Below, piece by piece: positions 38,421 to 46,463 of a stretch of DNA of 64,000 nt (positions within the stretch are counted from its first letter, which is position 1; each line of letters starts with the position of its first letter). Under the pieces are notes generated by a model. The model was not told the DNA's origin. It was given only the letters and a program-made list of their open reading frames with translations, and did no database searches. Both the position numbers and the translations under genes were made by a program. The stretch spans positions 2,396 to 66,395 of the forward strand of contig NZ_JAOQAH010000030.1 in the NCBI RefSeq assembly GCF_025963695.1. The letters are read 5' to 3'. The stretch is from Segetibacter sp. Lineage in GTDB: Bacteria; Bacteroidota; Bacteroidia; Chitinophagales; Chitinophagaceae.

Positions 38421-39710
38421 CTATAATACATGTTGCTGTCTCATCGGTAGTACAATAATAAAGTTCGAACCTTTGCCTTCGGTGCTTTTTGCAATAATAC
38501 TACCGTTATGCTTTTCTATAATCCTTTTGGTAATAGCGAGCCCAATTCCTGTGCCTTCGTATTTATCTTTTGTGTGTAGCCTTTTAAATAGGGTAAAGAC
38601 GTTCGACATATATTTCTCATCGAAGCCAATACCGTTGTCTTTTATATTTATGCAGGCGTAGGGGCCTGCTGTGTCTGGCGAACTATCATAAACACTATCA
38701 CAAATCCTCGAAGCGGAAATGGTTATAATGGGACTAACGCCAGGCCTTGAAAACTTCAATGCATTACTAATAACGTTTTGAAATACCTGCCTTATTTGTC
38801 CAGGGTTTACTTCTATAACCGGAATCTCTTCAATAGTTATCGTAGCTTTCTTTTCTTCAATTATTAATTCAAAATCTTTCAACAACTCTGCAATCAGCAG
38901 TTTTAAATCTGTAAGCTCAAACTTATTGTCTTTATCCGATAAACGCGAGAATGAAAGAATATCGTGTATAAGCACCCTCATTCTTTCTGATGAACTAATG
39001 ATTTTTTGCAAGTAAGTACCCGCAGAAGCCGAAAACTGGGCAGCATGTTTTTCCTTTAAAAGATTTGAGTAAATCTGAATTTTACGCAATGGTTCCTGCA
39101 AATCATGGGAAGCTACAGAAGCAAATTGTTGAAGATCGTGGTTGCTGATTTCGAGAGCGTGGTTAATCTCTTCGAGTTGTTGATTATTTAGCTTCAATTG
39201 TCTCTGCGTCTCTTTTTGCTCTGTGAGATCTGTGAGAATAATGCTTAATGATACACCTTCGTCCAATTCGAGGGTTGTAAAGGATAGTTGAAATTCTACG
39301 TATCGCTGCTGATTAATTAAAGAAATTTCGCCCTTGCAATCCTGCCCCCAACCCCTTTTAAAAAGTGCATTGAACTGATCAACAAAAGCCGGAGCAATGA
39401 AATTAGAGAACGGAAGGCCGAGCACTTTTGACATCGGCAGGTTCAACATTGAGGCAAATTGGGTGTTGCTGTAAACAATAATTCCCTCGCGGTTTAAGGT
39501 AACTGCTCCCTCATTCATCTTTTCGATGAAGAGGCGATAAGTTTGGTCGGCTGTTTTTAAAGTATACAATTCGTGCCCCTTTTCTCCAAGTACCACAAGC
39601 GCATCAACCCGGCCGGTCCTAATGGCATCAATTGTATCGTTTGCCTCCTCAAGCTGCTGACGCAGATCTGTTACTTCATTTAAAAGTTCTTCGTAAGTTT
39701 TTGCTTTCAT
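38421..39710 (-). CDS. PAS-domain sensor histidine kinase of the kai operon
   Basis: N-terminal coil IDAIRTGRVDALVV, PAS (MNEGAVTLNREGIIVYSN), H-box ASHDLQEPLRKI, N-box NVISNALKF, DNGIGF, GTGIGLAI. Confidence 0.92.
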   Translation of the reverse strand: MKAKTYEELLNEVTDLRQQLEEANDTIDAIRTGRVDALVVLGEKGHELYTLKTADQTYRLFIEKMNEGAVTLNREGIIVYSNTQFASMLNLPMSKVLGLPFSNFIAPAFVDQFNALFKRGWGQDCKGEISLINQQRYVEFQLSFTTLELDEGVSLSIILTDLTEQKETQRQLKLNNQQLEEINHALEISNHDLQQFASVASHDLQEPLRKIQIYSNLLKEKHAAQFSASAGTYLQKIISSSERMRVLIHDILSFSRLSDKDNKFELTDLKLLIAELLKDFELIIEEKKATITIEEIPVIEVNPGQIRQVFQNVISNALKFSRPGVSPIITISASRICDSVYDSSPDTAGPYACINIKDNGIGFDEKYMSNVFTLFKRLHTKDKYEGTGIGLAITKRIIEKHNGSIIAKSTEGKGSNFIIVLPMRQQHVL

Positions 39711-39716
39711 CTGCAA

Positions 39717-40034
39717 CTATACATTGATACCTAAACCCCGAAGAACCCTGTTTGTATCAGACATGTCGCCAATAAGTCTTCTCTCGGGTAAAGGCAATGT
39801 TTTAATAAGAAGGGGTAGCGCGATTAGTTGTTTCGTTTCAGCTATGTCCTTTTGTTGGTACACATCAATAATGTCCAAAGTATATCTTCCTTTAATATGG
39901 GTTTCGCAAATTTGTTTCAAATTGGTTATAGCCCTTACAGAATTGGAAGAAGCTCCAATAACATATAAGCGAAGTACAAACTCTATTTGTTCTTCATTAT
40001 TTTTTTCTAACTCTTCGGGTTCTTCGCTGGCCAT
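39717..40034 (-). CDS. kaiB: KaiB-family protein (divergent paralogue)
   Basis: FVLRLYVIGASSNSVRAITNL..ICE, LDIIDV, ALPLLIKTLPLPERRLIGDMS. Confidence 0.9.
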   Translation of the reverse strand: MASEEPEELEKNNEEQIEFVLRLYVIGASSNSVRAITNLKQICETHIKGRYTLDIIDVYQQKDIAETKQLIALPLLIKTLPLPERRLIGDMSDTNRVLRGLGINV

Positions 40035-40035
40035 A

Positions 40036-40323
40036 CTATTGTTTTGCAGGACGGATGTTCAAGCCAACCAAAACCTTTTCTTCATTAGATAGGTCGCCTA
40101 TTATTTTACGTATCGGTTCAGGAACTTTTTTTACTAATGTGGGTATAGCAAATATCTGGTCACCTTCAGCTAATTGAGGTTGTACCAGCAAGTCTATGAC
40201 CTCAATAACATATTTACCTTTCAGATGCTCTTCACACAATTTATTGAGGTTACTTATTGCCGCTACCGATTTAGATGTTTTACCGGCCACATATAACCTT
40301 AATTCGTATTTTTCTTCGTTCAT
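40036..40323 (-). CDS. kaiB: KaiB-family protein (canonical-like)
   Basis: [57 protein letters not shown] 40323 preferred (ORF extends to 40365, inside kaiC). Confidence 0.93.
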   Translation of the reverse strand: MNEEKYELRLYVAGKTSKSVAAISNLNKLCEEHLKGKYVIEVIDLLVQPQLAEGDQIFAIPTLVKKVPEPIRKIIGDLSNEEKVLVGLNIRPAKQ

Positions 40324-40333
40324 CGACTCCGTT

Positions 40334-42040
40334 TTACTTTCCGGATCCGTTACTATTTCCATCATGCCTTTTTTTAATTAATTCTTCGCGATTCTTTTCC
40401 ATTACCTCTTTTCTCAATTCTTCTTCTATATAGCTTTTATTCAGCTCATCAGTCACTGATTCAAATTCTTCTTTCAGACTTTCTATTTTAGCCTGCAACA
40501 CATTTCTCTTCCTTTCTATTTCCTTGTCCTTTCTTGTTACTGCATGTGTTCGCAATACAACCCCTGTTTCCTCCATCAATTGTTGAGCCTCCCTTGCAGA
40601 TCCTGTTAAAACGCCTTCAGGTCCCAGGTAAACATCAACCAGTTGTACCCCGTCGTCGGAGATTACAAATTCACGCACCTGGTTAGAATGACGCATTCCC
40701 CTAGATTTCATAATATACATTCCGCGGTTTCTCTCGCCGTTATTTTCAATATCCCGTACCAGTAGCCACGCATCTACCAGGGATGATACGCCTTCGTCCG
40801 TTTGTTCGTTAACAACGGTATTTAAGGTTAATGCTGTAAACATTACGGTAACCTGTTCTGCCTGTAAAAAATCTATCAGCCTTATCAACATTCCTTTTAC
40901 TTCGCTTACAGACCCCACAGTAATCAGGTTCGTTATGGGATCAAGTATGATGGCGGACGGCTTAAATCTTTTAACCATTTTATGAATAGTCAAAAGGTGC
41001 ATCTCCAGGCCATTTAAAGTTGGTCTCGACGCATTGAATTGAAGGTATCCATTATCAATATGCTGTTGTAGATCGATACCAATGGAACGCATATTCCTTA
41101 TAATCTGCTGCGGCGATTCTTCGAAGGCAAAGTAAAGGCACCGTTCTTTTCGCTTACTGGTTTCATTAGCGAAATATGCAGCAATACTGGTCTTTCCTGT
41201 ACCAGCAGTACCAGATACCAGAATACTGCTTCCCCTAAAGAAACCACGCCCTTCTAGCATTTGGTCCAGCGACTCTACGCCAGATGAAACTCTTTCCGAA
41301 GAAACAGGATGTTCAAGTCTAAGCGCAGTAATAGGCAATACTGAAATTCCCTGCTCATCTATTAAAAATGGGTATTCATTAGTTCCATGAACTGATCCCC
41401 TATATTTCACAATTCTTAAAAGCCTGGTTGAGATCTGGTTAATAACGCGATGATCCAATAAAATTACACAGTCAGAAACATACTCTTCAAGTCCCTGCCT
41501 TGTAAGGAAACCTTCACCTTTTTCGCCGGTGATGATAGCCGTAACACCTTTTTCTTTAAGCCATTGAAACAATCTTCGCAGCTCTGCACGCAATATTGCC
41601 ATGTTTGATAAGCCTGTAAACAAGTTCTCAATCGTATCCAACACAACGCGTTTTGCTTTTATGCTGTCAATAGCATACCCGAGTCTTATAAACAGTCCAT
41701 CCAAATCATACTCGCCCGTTTCTTCTATTTCGCTTCGCTCAACATGTACGTAATCCACTTTAATTTTTTTATCCCTTTGTAGCCTGTCAAGGTCAAAACC
41801 CAGCGATGCAACGTTTATAGCTAATTCCTCTGCTTTCTCTTCAAAAGCCATAAAAACACCTGGCTCATCAAATTCTAACGCACCTTTCACAATAAACTCA
41901 AGCGAAAACAATGTTTTTCCGCACCCTGCCGCACCACAAATAAGGGTAGGTCTGCCAGTAGGTAGCCCTCCACCTGTTATTTCATCTAACCCGGCTATTC
42001 CACTTCGTGTTTTGGAAAGAGACTTTTTAAGTTGTTCCAT
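40334..42040 (-). CDS. kaiC: Double-domain KaiC ATPase/autokinase with a long C-terminal coiled coil
   Basis: [17 protein letters not shown]; [18 protein letters not shown]; predicted phospho-site segment GVSSLVDAW; helical tail [20 protein letters not shown]. Confidence 0.95.
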   Translation of the reverse strand: MEQLKKSLSKTRSGIAGLDEITGGGLPTGRPTLICGAAGCGKTLFSLEFIVKGALEFDEPGVFMAFEEKAEELAINVASLGFDLDRLQRDKKIKVDYVHVERSEIEETGEYDLDGLFIRLGYAIDSIKAKRVVLDTIENLFTGLSNMAILRAELRRLFQWLKEKGVTAIITGEKGEGFLTRQGLEEYVSDCVILLDHRVINQISTRLLRIVKYRGSVHGTNEYPFLIDEQGISVLPITALRLEHPVSSERVSSGVESLDQMLEGRGFFRGSSILVSGTAGTGKTSIAAYFANETSKRKERCLYFAFEESPQQIIRNMRSIGIDLQQHIDNGYLQFNASRPTLNGLEMHLLTIHKMVKRFKPSAIILDPITNLITVGSVSEVKGMLIRLIDFLQAEQVTVMFTALTLNTVVNEQTDEGVSSLVDAWLLVRDIENNGERNRGMYIMKSRGMRHSNQVREFVISDDGVQLVDVYLGPEGVLTGSAREAQQLMEETGVVLRTHAVTRKDKEIERKRNVLQAKIESLKEEFESVTDELNKSYIEEELRKEVMEKNREELIKKRHDGNSNGSGK

Positions 42041-42259
42041 ATTTTCTTTTAGGTAAAACATTTATTTAACTTGTAGCCACTGGCAACATAAAAAATATCA
42101 TGCCTTTACTGCCCCCGTACTTGATGTGAAATAGGTTTGCAACTTAAATTAAGGTGGCAAGTATAAATAAAACCGACGTCTTCAACCAAGTTTCTCTACA
42201 CAATAGCTGCTATTTCTCTTTTGGAATATTTTCTGGTTACCAGCACAAGTTTTTCATTG

Positions 42260-42288
42260 TCATCATTGTTGCGTCGCACACTTGTACC
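42260..42288 (-). repeat. Dispersed mini-hairpin repeat, copy B
   Basis: GGTACAAGTGTGCGACGCAACAATGATGA; identical (29/29) to copy C. Confidence 0.85.
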
Positions 42289-42405
42289 TGCAGAATTAAA
42301 ATCAGCACAAGTATTACTTACTTGTAATGACAGTAATAAAGACCATCTAAATTTGTGAGAAGGGAATTGCTTCGTTCTTGAAATGGAGGAAGCATAATGC
42401 CGGCA

Positions 42406-43386
42406 TTACCTCTTTGGCTGATGCATCATCAATATATCTATCAACTCTTGCACCTCTGAAGCTGGCCTGTCTTCTACCAGGTAGAAATGATTACCGCCCT
42501 TATCGTTCCATGTATTGCTTCCCTTTTCCGTTACCTCAATAGTTCCGGCCACTAATTTATAGTAAGGTTTATAACCGGCTATAGCTACAAGTACTGCTGT
42601 CTCATCCCAGCTCATCCTTCCTGCTTTGTCCTGCGGATCAAGGGGAATACTAATGCGGAATACATCTTTTACAGGACTGTTTCGGATAGTACTGTTATTT
42701 ATCAGCGGCAACCCTGTTTTTATTTTTTGGCCTATTTCCCAACCGCTAAAAATGATAGGGGTACTCCAGTTTTCAAACACATATTTTCCTGAAGCGGCAT
42801 CCTGGTCAATATTAAATTCGCTTCCCGAAGGAAAGCGGCCTGCCATACTAACCAATGATTTCACTTTTTTTGCTACCAGTTGCATTCCCGTCAGCGGTGA
42901 ATATTTATCAGGCCGGGACTTAAGCAGATTAGCCAGGTTAGTCAGGAAACCAACAGTAACGACCGTCACACTTTTGTCGGGTTGCTTTGCTAATACTTTC
43001 CGATATACCTCAACAGCATCAGGAACATCATTATTATTTTTCATGGCATGGGGATACTTGCTAATCAAAGTATCCGTCCAATGTTGAAAGTCTTTTTTTG
43101 TTAGTGCCGATCCCTTCGGAACTCCAATAGGCAAACCCGGCCTTTTGAAGTAAGTATTGAAAACGTTTATTACTGCAGCCACTCCCTCATATTTTGTACT
43201 GGCTACTGTTGCCAAAATTTTAGCCTTGCCCTCATCTGCAAAAGCGTGTAACAACGCAATAGCGCCTGCATCGTCATAATCGGGCCCCATATCAGTGTCA
43301 AAAATTACAGGGACAGCTTTCTTGCCTTGCGCATGCATAACAGAAGCAGAAAGTAACAATGCATTTAGTAGAATAATCTTTATCAT
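42406..43386 (-). CDS. Exported nucleoside hydrolase (IU-NH family)
   Basis: Signal peptide; VIFDTDMGPDYDD Ca-binding motif, VGFLTNLA, SEFNI, RMSWDETAVL. Confidence 0.88.
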   Translation of the reverse strand: MIKIILLNALLLSASVMHAQGKKAVPVIFDTDMGPDYDDAGAIALLHAFADEGKAKILATVASTKYEGVAAVINVFNTYFKRPGLPIGVPKGSALTKKDFQHWTDTLISKYPHAMKNNNDVPDAVEVYRKVLAKQPDKSVTVVTVGFLTNLANLLKSRPDKYSPLTGMQLVAKKVKSLVSMAGRFPSGSEFNIDQDAASGKYVFENWSTPIIFSGWEIGQKIKTGLPLINNSTIRNSPVKDVFRISIPLDPQDKAGRMSWDETAVLVAIAGYKPYYKLVAGTIEVTEKGSNTWNDKGGNHFYLVEDRPASEVQELIDILMMHQPKR

Positions 43387-43565
43387 ATAGAGTGGGGTTT
43401 AAGCAATTTTAGCACACCTCAAATTACTGAAAGTTACCATTGAAGCAACTGGAACATCACAATGCTATTTTGTAAGTATAATTGGTAATTCATGATATTT
43501 TAAAGATCATTTTATGGCTACTACCTATAGATCTAAAAGCAATTAAAAATCTTTTGATAATATTT

Positions 43566-45017
43566 CTACTCCTCCTCATCCGCTAACAGTTCTCCATTAG
43601 TCAATTCGGGCAAAATAATTTTTACCTGTTCATCACTTAACGTATCTACACCTTTCAGTCTTTTTTGGATAGCTCTTGTTCGTACACCTGCTACATTTTC
43701 AAGTTGATCTAATCCGGTTTGTATGTTTCTCTGGGCTTTTTCGAGTAAGCCGCTAAAATTGCCAAACTCAGTTTTTACTGCGCTCAACAATTGCCATACT
43801 TCCCCGCTTCGTTTTTCTATAGCTAACGTACGAAAGCCCATTTGTAAACTGCTTAAGAAGGCAGAAAGAGTGGTAGGACCGGCGATGTTTATTTTACATT
43901 CTGTCCGTATGCTTTCAAATAGCCCCGGGGTTCGCAGCACTTCAGCATATAAACTTTCAAACGGCAGAAACAAAATAGCGAAGTCTGTTGTATTGGGAGG
44001 ATCAATATAGCGACCGCAAATATCGCTTGCACATTTTTTTATCCCTCTTACAAAAGCTTTACGGCTTTCTTCAATCTGCTCAACGTCGCCTATTTCATAA
44101 GCCTGCATCAGCCATTCAAAATCTTCTTTGGGAAACTTTGAGTCAATGGGCAGCCATAAAGTTTTGTCTTTGTTGCCCGGAAGTTTTACAGCAAACTCTA
44201 CCAATGCGTTGCTACCTTCTTTTGTTTTTACATTCTTGGCGAATTGATCAGGGGTTAGTGTTTGTTCAAGAAGGTTTTCTAATTGGTATTCGCCTAGTAG
44301 ACCACGAGTTTTTACATTGCCAAGTACACGTTTAAGATCGCCTACACCTGTTGCCAGTTGTTGCATGTCTCCAAGACCTTTGTGTACGGCTTCGAGTCTT
44401 TCGCTTACCAGTTTGAATGACTCTCCCAAGCGTGTTTCAAGTGTCTGCTGTAATTTTTCGTCTACCGTTATTCTTATTTGTTCCAGCTTTTGTTCGTTGC
44501 CTTGTTGAAGTTCGGCAATCTTCTTTTCAAGAGTCAAACGCATGCTATCAAGACGGTTACTGGTATCGTTGTTTTGTTCGCTCTGTTTGTTTAGAAGCGC
44601 ATAAAAGTTGTCTTTTTGTAGCGCGTTCAATTCTTGAATGGATAGGGCAAGGTCTTTTTTAAAAGTGTCAAGGGCTTGTTTTATCTCGGTTCGGGTTTCT
44701 TTTACATTGCTATTATTGGCTTCACTGAAAGCTGTGAGTTTATGATCGATAGTATTGGTGAGATGATTTAATTTTTCTTCAAAAGAAATAAGGGACGATG
44801 CAAGTTCTCTTCGGGCAAGGGCAGCATTGTCAAAAGTCTCTTTTCGGTTAGAAGCAATTTCTGTTTTTACAGATGCTTCTACCCTTTGCATTTCAAGCCC
44901 TAGCGAGTCTAGTTTATAGGGAAAGCCGGCGTCTTTGTTGTTGGTTGCGCGGGATGACATAATAAGGTTGATAACGAGCAGCAGAATAATGATCGCCAGA
45001 AGGATGTAAATAATCAT
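43566..45017 (-). CDS. rmuC: DNA recombination protein RmuC
   Basis: N-terminal TM then coiled coil, KTRGLLGEYQLE, PIDSKFP, PPNTTDFAILFLPFESLYAE, PTTLSAFLSSL. Confidence 0.93.
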   Translation of the reverse strand: MIIYILLAIIILLLVINLIMSSRATNNKDAGFPYKLDSLGLEMQRVEASVKTEIASNRKETFDNAALARRELASSLISFEEKLNHLTNTIDHKLTAFSEANNSNVKETRTEIKQALDTFKKDLALSIQELNALQKDNFYALLNKQSEQNNDTSNRLDSMRLTLEKKIAELQQGNEQKLEQIRITVDEKLQQTLETRLGESFKLVSERLEAVHKGLGDMQQLATGVGDLKRVLGNVKTRGLLGEYQLENLLEQTLTPDQFAKNVKTKEGSNALVEFAVKLPGNKDKTLWLPIDSKFPKEDFEWLMQAYEIGDVEQIEESRKAFVRGIKKCASDICGRYIDPPNTTDFAILFLPFESLYAEVLRTPGLFESIRTECKINIAGPTTLSAFLSSLQMGFRTLAIEKRSGEVWQLLSAVKTEFGNFSGLLEKAQRNIQTGLDQLENVAGVRTRAIQKRLKGVDTLSDEQVKIILPELTNGELLADEEE

Positions 45018-45126
45018 GAAGCAATTTAACCGCTTACAATTGAATAATGAACAGGATAATGGTTGCTTTGAGTTTTGCTGCCATTTTGCTTTGGATAGAA
45101 CTCCCCGGTGTTGTATAAAAACCACT

Positions 45127-45800
45127 ATGGGACGTTAAAAACAAACGAACCGTCGAACATTCTACCAACAAAATGTTCCGCTGGAACATTTACATGTGGT
45201 ACCAGGAACATGCGTACACACTTTAGGTACAAGAACCACCGTATAGAGTCATCTTGCTTTAATGTCCCGTAGGGACATGTGGTAGGTAGAGGAAAGGTTG
45301 TTGTGCTTACGTGATATAGGGAACGTTTGGTGCAGAATGAAATACATATCAAATCACCAGGCGTCCCAAATGGGACGTTAAAAACAAACGAACCGTCAAA
45401 CATTCTACCAACAAAATGTTCCGCTGGAACATTTACATGTGGTACCAGGAACATGCGAGCACACTTTAGGTACAAGAACCACCGCATAGACTCATCTTGC
45501 TTTAATGTCCCGTAGGGACATGTGGTAGGTAGAGGAAAGGTTGTTGTGTGGACGTGATATAGGGAAAGTTTGGTGCAGAATGAAATACATATCAAATCAC
45601 CAGGCGTCCCAAATGGGACGTTAAAACCAACGAGCCGTCAAACATCTACCAACAAATTGTTCCGCTGGAACATTTAGATGTGGTACCAGGAAGATACGTA
45701 CACGCTGTAGATACAAAAACCACCGTATAAATACATCTTGCTTTAATGTCCCGTAGGGACATGTGGTAGGTAGAGGAAAGGTTGTTGTGTGGACGTGATA
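45127..45800. repeat. Tandem array of ~2.8 copies of a 243-bp unit built from REP-like palindromes (REPIN/BIME-like)
   Basis: Units start at 45127, 45370 and 45613. Each has TCTACC-N6-ATGTTCC(GCT)GGAACAT and an inverted partner ATGTCCC(GTA)GGGACAT-N6-GGTAGA, forming 130-bp modules at 45161-45290, 45404-45533 and 45645-45774. CGTCCC(AAAT)GGGACG lies at the unit junctions. Confidence 0.92.
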
Positions 45801-45802
45801 TC

Positions 45803-45831
45803 GGTACAAGTGTGCGACGCAACAATGATGA
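45803..45831 (+). repeat. Dispersed mini-hairpin repeat, copy C
   Basis: GGTACAAGTGTGCGACGCAACAATGATGA, abutting the truncated third 243-bp unit. Confidence 0.85.
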
Positions 45832-46022
45832 TTTGAAAAACAAATGCCGGTAACAAAAAAAAACAACCCAGCGCAAAGATCAAAAATGAAAACCGTTGCT
45901 TCTACCAGAGGCAATACCGTAGCATTTCAATAAGCGTTATTTGTAAACCTCTATATTTGATTAACAAAAAGAGCTAACGGTTGCAAGATAACTTTGAGCA
46001 TTCGTTGTAGTGGTAGTAATTG

Positions 46023-46403
46023 ATGAAAACAAACCTTATTTTAATTGGCTTAGGTGGTGCGCTTGGCAGTATATTAAGATACCTGACTTCATTGTACGTA
46101 GCAAGGCACTTTTCTACTATGATTTTTCCCTATGGCACTTTTGCAGTTAATGTAATTGGTTGTATAATTATTGGGATAATTTATGGAATGTCTGAAAGAT
46201 TTCAGTGGCTGACTCCTACCCTACGATTATTTCTGGTGACAGGCTTTTGCGGAGGATTTACAACTTTTTCCGCTTTTGCATATGAGAATTTGCAGCTACT
46301 ACAAGGTTCAAACTTTACCGGGTTTGCGCTTTATTCTATTTTAAGTTTCATTGTCTGCATTGCCGCAGTTTATGCAGGACTACTATTAGTAAAGAGCATT
46401 TAA
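46023..46403 (+). CDS. crcB: Fluoride channel Fluc/CrcB
   Basis: GGALGSILRY, FPYGTFAVNVIGC, GFCGGFTTFSAF; four TM helices. Confidence 0.95.
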   Translation: MKTNLILIGLGGALGSILRYLTSLYVARHFSTMIFPYGTFAVNVIGCIIIGIIYGMSERFQWLTPTLRLFLVTGFCGGFTTFSAFAYENLQLLQGSNFTGFALYSILSFIVCIAAVYAGLLLVKSI

Positions 46404-46463
46404 ATTGAGAATTAGTCTGGATAAAATATATTTTCAGAGATAAGCGCAGACTGCTTTACCTGT

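Noticed and set aside
34811-42105. Sigma-54-like -24 elements upstream of yciF (AGGTATAGTTTTTTC, 34811) and kaiC (AGGCATGATATTTTTT, 42105-42090)
   Set aside because: Both lack the GC at -12; too degenerate to support without TSS data.
45127-45800. CRISPR array interpretation of the tandem repeat
   Set aside because: The sequences between palindromes are near-identical rather than unique spacers, the period is 243 bp, and no cas genes are present.
45125-45914. ORFs 45125-45595(-), 45327-45515(+), 45621-45914(-) and 45646-45876(-), with an 81-aa periodicity
   Set aside because: They are translations of the 243-bp palindrome array. Unit 3 has frameshifting deletions, conservation tracks DNA stems rather than codons, and the composition is not protein-like.
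45900-46022. Fluoride riboswitch upstream of crcB
   Set aside because: No GGCGATGG..TCGCC / GCTRATGAC consensus is visible.
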